In this document: piece by piece, positions 10,287-18,438 of the stretch
How the letters are laid out: each line of letters starts with the position of its first letter
How positions within the stretch are numbered: the stretch's first letter is position 1
NCBI GenBank assembly: GCA_003649205.1
Contig: QMRC01000006.1
Coordinates: 39,757 to 103,756, forward strand
From: Thermoprotei archaeon
GTDB taxonomy: Archaea > Thermoproteota > Thermoprotei > Thermoproteales > B15-G16
Direction: 5' to 3'
Length of the DNA: 64,000 nucleotides
Position numbers and translations under genes: made by a program
The notes under the pieces: model-generated
Told to the model about the DNA's origin: nothing
The model's input: only the letters and a program-made list of their open reading frames with translations
Databases searched by the model: none

Positions 10287-10484
10287 GTGAGAGAGGTGCC
10301 TAAGAGTAAGGTGCCTATGGTCTTGGTTACCTTCCATATCCCGATACCACTCCTTAGAGAACTTGACAGGTTGGTGGAGGAGGGTAAGTTCCCGAGCAGG
10401 AGCGAGGCGATAAGGCACGCAATAATCCAACTCCTAGCTCGTGAGCGTCAAAGAACACAAATACACGAGGTGTTGGTAGCGTGA
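10287..10484 (+). CDS. Ribbon-helix-helix (CopG family) regulator
   Basis: VTFHIP..LLRELDRLVEEGKFPSRSEAIRHAI. Confidence 0.88.
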   Translation: MREVPKSKVPMVLVTFHIPIPLLRELDRLVEEGKFPSRSEAIRHAIIQLLARERQRTQIHEVLVA

Positions 10485-10729
10485 CCATTGTCAACTATGT
10501 CGAGGTAATTAGGAACATCATACTCAATGCTTTGAAGGAGCATGGCTACATTAGTGACCTAGAGCTTGTTAGGGCTGTCAAAGAGGCTACGGGACTCAGC
10601 TACGTAGACTTTGCTCCCATTCTTGAGCAGGTACTGAGTGAGCTAATGAGGTCTGGCGCAATTAGACGTGTAATGTCAGCAAGCAACCCGAGAAAGGTCG
10701 AGCATGGGTGGGAGCTGTGTACACAATAA
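10481..10729 (+). CDS. Small putative wHTH viral protein
   Basis: Overlapping stop/start (GTGA); LSELMRSGAIRR motif. Confidence 0.55.
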   Translation: MTIVNYVEVIRNIILNALKEHGYISDLELVRAVKEATGLSYVDFAPILEQVLSELMRSGAIRRVMSASNPRKVEHGWELCTQ

Positions 10730-11073
10730 AGCCGAATGGATTCTACCTCAGGTTGGTTTTGGATGCACTGAAGTACTGTGCTAGGACTGAAAGAGGCTCT
10801 ATTGTGTCTATTTACCCAAAGAAAGTCGCTAAGTTAAATGGGTACAGTGTTCGTGCATGTGGGAGGTATAGAGATGACAGTGAGGTAGAGAGGTCGCTAT
10901 CCCCTGCCGAGCTATCTATCATTAGGTACTGGCTGGATTACCTCTGGGTCAATGGGCTGTGTAGCCGTGAGAAGACTAGTCGTGACAGGTGGAACTACGT
11001 ATTCCCGAGGGAGAACTTGCCTAAGGCTATCAAGCTACTTGAGGAGGTGCTCAATGGTGAAGTACAAGATTGA
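10708..11073 (+). CDS. Hypothetical viral protein
   Basis: ORF within a tightly packed operon. Confidence 0.6.
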   Translation: MGAVYTIKPNGFYLRLVLDALKYCARTERGSIVSIYPKKVAKLNGYSVRACGRYRDDSEVERSLSPAELSIIRYWLDYLWVNGLCSREKTSRDRWNYVFPRENLPKAIKLLEEVLNGEVQD

Positions 11074-11194
11074 GGAGATAGTCAAGGAGTTGAAGGTTGC
11101 TCTCAGGGATAGAGAACTCAGAGAAGCATTGCTGAAGCACTTCTCCAACAACCCAAAGGCTCAAGCAATCATACTACTCCTGTCAGGTGAGTGA
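11054..11194 (+). CDS. Small hypothetical viral protein (MVKYKIEE...)
   Basis: GAGGAGGTG RBS before ATG 11054; stop overlaps the next start. Confidence 0.55.
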   Translation: MVKYKIEEIVKELKVALRDRELREALLKHFSNNPKAQAIILLLSGE

Positions 11195-11433
11195 GCATGA
11201 TTGAGCTGAGTTTCAAGACGAAGCGGGACTTCGATAACTGGGTTAAGGCGCTGTATGACTTCGGTTCGAATCACTGTGTTGAGCCTGTCGTCATCAAGCT
11301 AGATGGTAATGACCTCTACGACAGGTACATGGTCTGCATTGTGTACCATGCTTGGACTGAGGAAGGTGCTTACGCAGTGACCTGTCTAGCCCGCATAGTA
11401 GCGATAGTGTACAGGGAAGGTGAGCAGAAGTGA
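11191..11433 (+). CDS. Hypothetical viral protein
   Basis: GGTGA RBS; coupled starts and stops. Confidence 0.55.
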   Translation: MSMIELSFKTKRDFDNWVKALYDFGSNHCVEPVVIKLDGNDLYDRYMVCIVYHAWTEEGAYAVTCLARIVAIVYREGEQK

Positions 11434-11612
11434 GTCGCTACCACGGGCACAAGGTAACTATCACGATTATTGCGACAACAGGTTCTGGACTACCGACAGG
11501 TGAGCGAAAGAGCGATTTCATTAGATTCATGGTCGAGCAGGTACTGGAACGTGAGCTTTCTAAGAGGCTCCGTGATTTCCGTGTCCTCAAAGTCATGGTG
11601 AAGGTGATGTAG
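11430..11612 (+). CDS. Hypothetical viral protein
   Basis: GGTGA RBS; coupled start. Confidence 0.5.
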   Translation: MSRYHGHKVTITIIATTGSGLPTGERKSDFIRFMVEQVLERELSKRLRDFRVLKVMVKVM

Positions 11613-11691
11613 ATGGTTCCTGCTACTACTACCTATTCTATTTCTAGTAATTCGTTTAGACAAAATACGCGGGACATTAAACGCGGTTCAG

Positions 11692-11816
11692 ATTGGAACC
11701 AATGTTCCCTCTCAGAGGAATCATTGAAACCAATCATTGGAATCAATGTCAGTGGTATGATTGGAACCAATGATTGGAACCAATCATTCCACTCGCTTAG
11801 TCTCATTGGTTCCAAA
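11692..11816. repeat. Cluster of six ATTGGAACCAAT-type dyad repeats
   Basis: Copies at 11692, 11723 (1 mismatch), 11736 (1 mismatch), 11760, 11773 and inverted at 11805. Confidence 0.85.
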
Positions 11817-11827
11817 AACGGAGAGAG

Positions 11828-12151
11828 GTGTTGAGTATCCCCCGAATAACTATCTACATCCATGAGAGCGATTGGGAAAAGCTGACGAAAATAGCTGAGC
11901 AGAGAGGACAATCAATGTACAGCATAGTGAAGCAAGTAGTACTTGAGTTCCTGAAGCTAAGTAACCCAATTGTTGCTCATGGTAAGCTTTCTAGGGATTT
12001 AGCTACCTGTCGGAGCATTATCAAGCGATTTGGTTGGTGTGCTCTCTGCATACATGCTGAGGTTGTTGGTGATAGGTTAGTCTGCAGAAAGACAGGCAAA
12101 GTCATAGAAAAACCCATATGGCAATGCCCACACCCCATACCCAAGGTGTAA
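11828..12151 (+). CDS. RHH protein with C-terminal Cys/His zinc-binding motif
   Basis: RITIYI...WEKLTKIAEQRGQSMYSIVK; CALC.H...C...C. Confidence 0.7.
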   Translation: MLSIPRITIYIHESDWEKLTKIAEQRGQSMYSIVKQVVLEFLKLSNPIVAHGKLSRDLATCRSIIKRFGWCALCIHAEVVGDRLVCRKTGKVIEKPIWQCPHPIPKV

Positions 12152-12160
12152 ATCATGCTT

Positions 12161-12184
12161 TTTACACAGCTGCAGCTGTGTAAA
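12161..12184. repeat. Perfect 24-bp palindrome TTTACACAGCTGCAGCTGTGTAAA
   Basis: Read directly; further GTGTAAA-like half-sites at 12146, 12190 and 12207. Confidence 0.85.
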
Positions 12185-12227
12185 TGATTTTTACTCACTG
12201 ACAGGTGCGTAAATTTGGTGAGAATTC

Positions 12228-12596
12228 ATGTCCGAGATGGAGAAGTTAATTAGGAACCTGAACATACTGCGAAACTACTTCAGCAAGGTACCACCTGAAG
12301 TCATTGAGGCTCTCATGTACTTTGAGGATAGGTTCTTCACTGAGAAATACCATGTTGTTCGCTCTAAGACAGGTAGGGAGTATCGCTACAGGTACCTCTA
12401 CATCAGGTTGAATGACTACAGGACACTAGGTTACTTCAGGATAAATGATAGCAATGATGAATTGCTGCTACACGAAATTAGGCAGGTCAAGGCATTTTCA
12501 CAAGCACTACTACAGTACATAGCAATGCTCAGACACAGCAAACTAGCAAACCTCACCAAAATTTACTCAAGGACCTTGAGTAAAAACAACCAATAA
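12228..12596 (+). CDS. Hypothetical viral protein
   Basis: GGTGA RBS; basic/aromatic KTGREYRYRYLY segment. Confidence 0.6.
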   Translation: MSEMEKLIRNLNILRNYFSKVPPEVIEALMYFEDRFFTEKYHVVRSKTGREYRYRYLYIRLNDYRTLGYFRINDSNDELLLHEIRQVKAFSQALLQYIAMLRHSKLANLTKIYSRTLSKNNQ

Positions 12597-12657
12597 CACA
12601 TCAGCAATTGGGGAAATTGAATTGGGGTGATGCCCCCTGAACCTCAAGGTCTATTTC

Positions 12658-13644
12658 GTGAAGAAAACTAGGCAATACGAGGTCTATGAGGGCTCTAGGA
12701 GAATCCTCAGGACTAAGGTACATGCAAAAGCTCACGAGTACCTATCGAAACAAATCAATTCAAGTTTTGAGTTCTACTTTGTTTGTTGCAATAGGGAGCA
12801 CCTGTTAGCATGTTCACGTTTCTTTGAACTCACAGGTCGCAGGCTCAATGTGTTGATTAGTTACAACTTCATACGTGACAGGTACCTCACACAGGTGCTT
12901 CAGCAAGTTAGACCACACCTAAGCAAAGTCATGATTGATTCAGGTGCTTTCCATGTACTTATCCGCAAGGTACCCCTGGAAAAGTTCCAGAGCTACATAG
13001 GTGAGTACGTGAATTGGCTCAACAACCACACAGAGCTTTACGACTACTGTGTCGCACCTGACGTACCCTGTGATGAACGACCCGCAGAAAAAATCCAGAA
13101 ACTACCAAACAGGTACAAGATAGAGCTAACCATAGCTAACACAGTTCACTGGATAGATAGGTTGACAGACCCTCGCAAGGCTGTGGCTGTAGTTCAGGGT
13201 TATTTCGTGAATGAGTACCTGCTCTGTGCTGAGAAGCTGAAAGAACTCGGGCTCACAACAGCAAAGACAGGTGTCGGCTCTTTATGTGTCAGGAAATACA
13301 GTAGACAACAAGCACGTGAAGTACCACAGATACTAGCTAGCATAAGACAGGTCTTACCGTCATGGGTGAAACTTCACGCATTCGGTCTTCAGCTAGATTT
13401 CTTACCGACCTGTCTCAAGTACCTACACAGCTCAGACAGTGCCTCATGGCAATTAAGTTACTCAAAGTTCAATAGGATACGAATAGCGAACCTGTCGACA
13501 GGTCAAACAGTTGAGCTTGATTTAGTTAGTCATGGCGGAGCGAGGAAAAAGAACCTAGACCAAGTCACGATATACACATACAACCTCTTAGCCTACTGGA
13601 ATAGAGTTCAGCAACTAACGAGACAGGCAGCACAGACAAAATAA
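12658..13644 (+). CDS. TGT/DpdA-like guanine transglycosylase (putative 7-deazaguanine DNA insertion enzyme)
   Basis: Ordered TGT-fold motifs IDSGAF, APDVP, VVQG, GVGSL, LHAFG, SSDSASW. Confidence 0.75.
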   Translation: MKKTRQYEVYEGSRRILRTKVHAKAHEYLSKQINSSFEFYFVCCNREHLLACSRFFELTGRRLNVLISYNFIRDRYLTQVLQQVRPHLSKVMIDSGAFHVLIRKVPLEKFQSYIGEYVNWLNNHTELYDYCVAPDVPCDERPAEKIQKLPNRYKIELTIANTVHWIDRLTDPRKAVAVVQGYFVNEYLLCAEKLKELGLTTAKTGVGSLCVRKYSRQQAREVPQILASIRQVLPSWVKLHAFGLQLDFLPTCLKYLHSSDSASWQLSYSKFNRIRIANLSTGQTVELDLVSHGGARKKNLDQVTIYTYNLLAYWNRVQQLTRQAAQTK

Positions 13645-13663
13645 AGTAAGTGTTGAAAACTGC

Positions 13664-14428
13664 TCAAGTCCCCATGTTCTCTATCTCATGTCCTGTAGGG
13701 TATAGGTTCAGTTTCTTTATGTACTTGTACACTGTTTGACGTGAAACACCGAGTGCTCTAGCTATATCACTTATACTGTAACCTTTCTTCAACATATCCT
13801 CAATAGTCTTCTCCCTATTAGCAGTCTGGATAGCTACCTGTAAGTCCATGAACACCTTCTCAACAAAGAGCCTCCTCATTTCCTGATACTTCACATAGAT
13901 GTCGTGGTCTAGCTTAGGCACGAAGGTATCTACACCAATTTCCTTCACCACGAACTTACCCGTAGGAGTCCACGTAAACCTGTAGATGTGTGCCTCTCTC
14001 TCACCTTGCTTACTCTTCCTAATGTGTACATGTATCCAACACATCTCACGTAGTGCTCTTAAGAGCAGGCGATAGGTAGGTACCGTGAATATGACAGCAC
14101 CTGTCACAGTCCTAGCAACCTCAAGGAACTTTACAAATAGCTGACGGTCTTCTTTAAGAAAGTCATATTTGCTTATCCACACACCAGCATCATCATAGCA
14201 CAGACACTTAACACGCTTACGATACCTAAGACACTCCCTAATAATTGGGAAAGACTGCTTAACATCGAAGAATACGTAGTTGAGAGCAGTCTCCCTACAA
14301 TACAGCTCACTCAAGACCTTGATAGCGTAGGTAGTCTTACCAACCCCTTGCTGACCCTGAATAACAATAACCTCAAATCCATTGTTCCTGAAAGCACGCT
14401 CAATTATCTTAGTTAGGACAAACGGCAT
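13664..14428 (-). CDS. P-loop ATPase similar to fusellovirus B251, with C-terminal HTH
   Basis: GQQGVGKTTYAIKV, YDDAGVWISKY, ARTVTGAVIFTVP resemble SSV1 B251 as I recall it; SISDIARALGVSRQTVYKY HTH. Confidence 0.8.
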   Translation of the reverse strand: MPFVLTKIIERAFRNNGFEVIVIQGQQGVGKTTYAIKVLSELYCRETALNYVFFDVKQSFPIIRECLRYRKRVKCLCYDDAGVWISKYDFLKEDRQLFVKFLEVARTVTGAVIFTVPTYRLLLRALREMCWIHVHIRKSKQGEREAHIYRFTWTPTGKFVVKEIGVDTFVPKLDHDIYVKYQEMRRLFVEKVFMDLQVAIQTANREKTIEDMLKKGYSISDIARALGVSRQTVYKYIKKLNLYPTGHEIENMGT

Positions 14429-14431
14429 ACC

Positions 14432-14734
14432 TCACTCCTCCTCAATCTCCTCCTCACGACCAACAGGTATGAACCTCTTACGACCCATTACATGCGTTAT
14501 AGTCCTGAAGAACTTAGCAAACGATAGCAGAGCTGAGTAACCACGACCGCCCTCAGCTAACCTCAACTCAAGGTAAGGTATGATGAATGAGTCTCTCAAG
14601 TCCTGAAGGTTGTACCTGTCGCATATGAAGAGCAACGTAGCTATCTTACGAGCCTCACCATACTGCAACCTAGTTAAGCGAAGTATGTTCCCCGAGGTAA
14701 GAGCCTCAATTAGTTCCTCTGACATGAGCCTCAC
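14432..14734 (-). CDS. Hypothetical viral protein
   Basis: GAGGTGA RBS; operonic. Confidence 0.6.
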   Translation of the reverse strand: MRLMSEELIEALTSGNILRLTRLQYGEARKIATLLFICDRYNLQDLRDSFIIPYLELRLAEGGRGYSALLSFAKFFRTITHVMGRKRFIPVGREEEIEEE

Positions 14735-14735
14735 C

Positions 14736-15191
14736 TCACAGGTGAATGATACCGAACTTCACGAGCATGAACATGATGTACGCACCTATGATTAACCCAC
14801 AAATCAGAGCAATGATGACAGGAGTAGCCCTAACAGGTACCTTCTCCGTTAGCAGAGCCCTCAGTACCTGTCCCTTGATAATCTGCGATATAGTGTCACT
14901 ATCAATGTAGGGGTCTTGATATTGACCACAGAAGTACACTATCTTTCTGACAGGTGCCCACACCTTCACGTCTCTAAACACCCTAACCCTACCCCCAGCA
15001 AGCACCAGCTTCCTCTCCGGATTGAGCAATTTAGCAGGCGTAATCTCGACATGCTTATCGTTCACGATAATAGCTATGTGCTTTGACCTGAAGATACGTC
15101 CTTCAGGTCTCGCTAGGAACATCATGATGAATGTGACAGGTATAGCTACGCAGTATATTGCGACTAGGATAGGGCTCAACATAGGGCTCAC
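14736..15191 (-). CDS. Viral membrane protein (N- and C-terminal TM)
   Basis: Two hydrophobic termini; operonic. Confidence 0.65.
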   Translation of the reverse strand: MSPMLSPILVAIYCVAIPVTFIMMFLARPEGRIFRSKHIAIIVNDKHVEITPAKLLNPERKLVLAGGRVRVFRDVKVWAPVRKIVYFCGQYQDPYIDSDTISQIIKGQVLRALLTEKVPVRATPVIIALICGLIIGAYIMFMLVKFGIIHL

Positions 15192-15713
15192 CTACAGAGT
15201 CTTCTCAGCTTCAGCAATGAGCTTGTTCAGGACCTGCTCAACCCTCTCAATTCGCTTAGCTAACTCACTGAGCCTATCCTCACTATGATTTGAGCCTAGC
15301 TTACTCACGTCGATAGCGTCTAGGAATATCGAGAGCGGAACAGCAATAGCGTACTCAAACCTCTCAACCTTACCACTCTGCTCGACAGGTATCGTAACTT
15401 GCTGAGCCTCCCTCTCCCTCACCAAAATCAGAACACGGTCAGGATTCCTAACCGCAGAGACAGGTAGCTTAGACAGGTACGGTCTCCTACCTGTCTCACT
15501 TTCGGACGTGTACGGTCTACCTCTCTGAAAGTGAAGTACTAAGCACAGAGCACCGAGACTAGCTAGAGCAATGAAACCAACCCACTTCAGCGTAAAGACC
15601 GCTCCAGAGGATATCTTAGCAGTCAGTGGTGACAGGTATGGGTCATACCAAATCAAGTACATGACTGCACCTGTGAGCAGTGCTGTGCTCAGGTAAAGGA
15701 AACGAGTACTCAC
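15192..15713 (-). CDS. Viral membrane protein with C-terminal coiled coil
   Basis: Two N-terminal TM segments; GAGGTGG RBS. Confidence 0.65.
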   Translation of the reverse strand: MSTRFLYLSTALLTGAVMYLIWYDPYLSPLTAKISSGAVFTLKWVGFIALASLGALCLVLHFQRGRPYTSESETGRRPYLSKLPVSAVRNPDRVLILVREREAQQVTIPVEQSGKVERFEYAIAVPLSIFLDAIDVSKLGSNHSEDRLSELAKRIERVEQVLNKLIAEAEKTL

Positions 15714-15838
15714 TTACAACCCACCTCACTTATGTAAACTTTTTCACAAAAACCATAAGGTCAACTTGCGAGATATCCTGAATAATCACTGAACACGGAG
15801 CAAACCTGAGACAGGTCGAAAAGTAGGAGGTGAAGTAG

Positions 15839-16198
15839 GTGGACATAGACCTAGGGAACATCCTGAGAGCTGTCCTGTTTGTAGCCCTAATACCCACGCT
15901 ATTCGGAGCTATAGCTGGATTCGTTGACCCTTCACTACAACCAATGATACAGCCCCTACTCAGCCTAGTACCAATGCTCATAATCCTCAACCTAATCAAA
16001 GACCTGTTCTCAGAAGCTGGAGCAAAGGGATTCGTCAAGATATTCGATATCCTACTGCTCGTAATGATGTTACCTGTCCTAATCAACATGTTCGGAGCAG
16101 CCACAGGACAAAACGAAGCACTAGCACAAGTCTCAGGACTCCTACAGCAACTCCTACCAATCCTACTATTCATCAAGCTCATCGAAGAGATGGTTTAG
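15839..16198 (+). CDS. Putative major capsid protein with two tandem SSV1-VP1-like helical hairpins
   Basis: Strong RBS AGGAGGTGA; repeats VALIPTL...LLSLVPMLII and VMMLPVL...LLQQLLPILL. Confidence 0.62.
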   Translation: MDIDLGNILRAVLFVALIPTLFGAIAGFVDPSLQPMIQPLLSLVPMLIILNLIKDLFSEAGAKGFVKIFDILLLVMMLPVLINMFGAATGQNEALAQVSGLLQQLLPILLFIKLIEEMV

Positions 16199-16219
16199 TT
16201 CCTTCGAGGTGATTAAGCT

Positions 16220-17974
16220 ATGAAACCCAAGCCCCTTTTTGCAATCTTAACAGTACTCACTCTAGTGCTCATAGTGGCGGTTGTTAATGCTGGTGAGTAC
16301 ACGCTATACGATGTACTTCAGTACGCTCATGAGGTACATGTCTTCGGAAAGACATACAACACAGCAAGTTATGGCACCACAACTTACTCTGGGACATGGA
16401 ATCTAACTGATGTTGTGTCGGGGAGGAAAGTTACATTTGGCTACAGGCAATACCTACAAGACCCAGATAGCTCCGACACAATCGTTATTGTGTTTCAGAA
16501 GAATACAGCTATCGAGGTCGGTACTGGTAGCGGGAAGTGTGTCTACGGTAAACCTGTCGTAATTACGTATGATACTGAAACAGGAAGGAGGACTATGTAC
16601 TACATTGATGGCGGTGAACTGAAGAAAGTAGGTGAATTCACTGGTGGTACCTACGTCTACTGGAACGGTACAAAGTTATGTCAAGCACTACGTTTCAAGG
16701 ACTGGTTAGATTTCCACAAGTTCTTTAACAACACATGCATGTTAATACTCCCAGACATCACGACATACGACTACAGGATAATTGATGGGTCTTCCGAGCT
16801 ATTAAAGGATAAGTGTGGTGGAAATGGTTTCCACACCCTCATTATCTTCGGTGGTGAGTACCTAAACAAATCGATAATTGTTGAAGTTGCTGGAGCCTAC
16901 GGAATCAAGAACATAACGCTCACTACAGAACTCAACACAGTCTACACGATTGACCCAAAGCACTTGAAGTTAGCTGTGTTCACAGGTAACCTAACGGAGA
17001 CGCTATCGAGGGCGAGCCAGAGCACAGAGGAAAGTACACAGGAAAGTACAACTAACACGACAAACGAGACCTCAACACCAACCACAGCACCAGAGACGAA
17101 GGTGTACAAGGTCACGATACATGTCTACGATGTGGATACCAATGAGGAAATCACATCAGCAATGGTTAAGGCGGGTTGGTTCACGAAGACAGGTTCACCT
17201 GTTACCTTTGAGTTCAAGTGGAAGGAACCACAGTGGTTACCTATCTCAGCTAGTGCTACAGGTTACAAGTCCTTCAGCACAACTATCTGGGTCGATACCA
17301 ACATGACGCTGTGGGTAGGGCTAGTCAAGGAAACCTCGAACAGCACCGAGCAATACAGTAAATTACTGAGGCTCGGTGTCTCAATTGCGGGTGTTGGTTC
17401 AACTCCATATTGGGCTCAGGAAAACAAGACATTCACAGAGTGGGCTAATGAGGTTGAGCAGTTACTATCCTCATCACAGGCTCCTGAGGTTAAGTATGAG
17501 ACTACGTGGTATGGTTTGAAGATAGTCGCTGTGAAGGTACCTTCAGGTAGACCAGCATACGGAGTAGCGACTATTGTCGCTGTTAAGAAAGGATTTCTCG
17601 GTACCCTAACATGGGAAGAAGAACTCGGTACTGTGCAAATAGTGAATGGTACGGGTTATTTCCATGTTGACTACGAGACAATCAAGAACAAGCTACAACT
17701 CAAAGAGTGGGGAGGGGAGTACTTCTACGGTTTCAAGATTGTATGGAAGGTCGGTGACCTAGACCCAGAGGTCGAGGTTGTACCTGTCAAGAATACATGG
17801 ACGCCTGTCTACATTCAGGTGAATGAGCAGACAGGAACCTACTCAGCAACAACACTACCACAGACAGCATTAACGAATGTCGGAACATCACTAACACAGA
17901 TGCTCATAACCCTACTACCACTGTTCATCATATTCGCACTCATTGGAGCTATTACAGGTCGTAGAAGGCGATAG
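16220..17974 (+). CDS. Secreted, membrane-anchored virion spike/adsorption glycoprotein
   Basis: Signal peptide, many N-x-S/T sites, Thr/Glu-rich linker, C-terminal TM followed by RRRR. Confidence 0.7.
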   Translation: MKPKPLFAILTVLTLVLIVAVVNAGEYTLYDVLQYAHEVHVFGKTYNTASYGTTTYSGTWNLTDVVSGRKVTFGYRQYLQDPDSSDTIVIVFQKNTAIEVGTGSGKCVYGKPVVITYDTETGRRTMYYIDGGELKKVGEFTGGTYVYWNGTKLCQALRFKDWLDFHKFFNNTCMLILPDITTYDYRIIDGSSELLKDKCGGNGFHTLIIFGGEYLNKSIIVEVAGAYGIKNITLTTELNTVYTIDPKHLKLAVFTGNLTETLSRASQSTEESTQESTTNTTNETSTPTTAPETKVYKVTIHVYDVDTNEEITSAMVKAGWFTKTGSPVTFEFKWKEPQWLPISASATGYKSFSTTIWVDTNMTLWVGLVKETSNSTEQYSKLLRLGVSIAGVGSTPYWAQENKTFTEWANEVEQLLSSSQAPEVKYETTWYGLKIVAVKVPSGRPAYGVATIVAVKKGFLGTLTWEEELGTVQIVNGTGYFHVDYETIKNKLQLKEWGGEYFYGFKIVWKVGDLDPEVEVVPVKNTWTPVYIQVNEQTGTYSATTLPQTALTNVGTSLTQMLITLLPLFIIFALIGAITGRRRR

Positions 17975-17977
17975 AGC

Positions 17978-18280
17978 ATGACTAACCGCTACGTCTACCT
18001 TGGAAAGAAAGTGAAGGACATAGGCAAGAAAGGACTAGACCGACCAAGCGAGTACCTAGCAATAGCGAGAGCTATAGCACAAGACTACAAGGCTGGTAGG
18101 ATAAGTAAAAAGACTGCTCACGGACGCTTTTTACTACTTTACAGGCTCGTGGATAAGAATAGCAAGCTGAAGGTACCTAAGTCAGTTAAGGAACGTCTCA
18201 AACGCAAGATTAAGGAAATCTGGATGAAGACCATTGGAGGTGGGAAGGTGGCTCGAAAGAGGAAAAGAAAGAAAAGGTAG
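17978..18280 (+). CDS. Highly basic putative virion DNA-binding protein
   Basis: Very high K/R content; last gene of the structural operon. Confidence 0.6.
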   Translation: MTNRYVYLGKKVKDIGKKGLDRPSEYLAIARAIAQDYKAGRISKKTAHGRFLLLYRLVDKNSKLKVPKSVKERLKRKIKEIWMKTIGGGKVARKRKRKKR

Positions 18281-18438
18281 GCTCAAGTCACATCACCTGT
18301 ATGTCGCTCTAACTACCTAATTTCTTGAGCTTGCTCTAGTCCTCAAGAATTCTTTACACATGTCTCATGTCCTGCGACCTGTCACCTAGACCTGAACTAG
18401 CTCAAGACAGAAGGTGGGTGACTTCTCTCAACTTATTT

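Noticed and set aside
11692-11816. Possible mini-CRISPR or TIGR-like guide array
   Set aside because: Repeats are 12 bp with irregular 1-20 bp gaps, there are no regular spacers, and no cas or Nop-domain gene is nearby.
11613-11911. ORFs 11613-11834 (+) and 11633-11911 (-)
   Set aside because: Their repeated DWNQ/WFQS peptides simply reflect the DNA dyad array; more likely non-coding.
15730-16182. Minus-strand 150-aa ORF and the many other short antisense ORFs in the track
   Set aside because: Shadows of real genes on the opposite strand, with no RBS or motifs.
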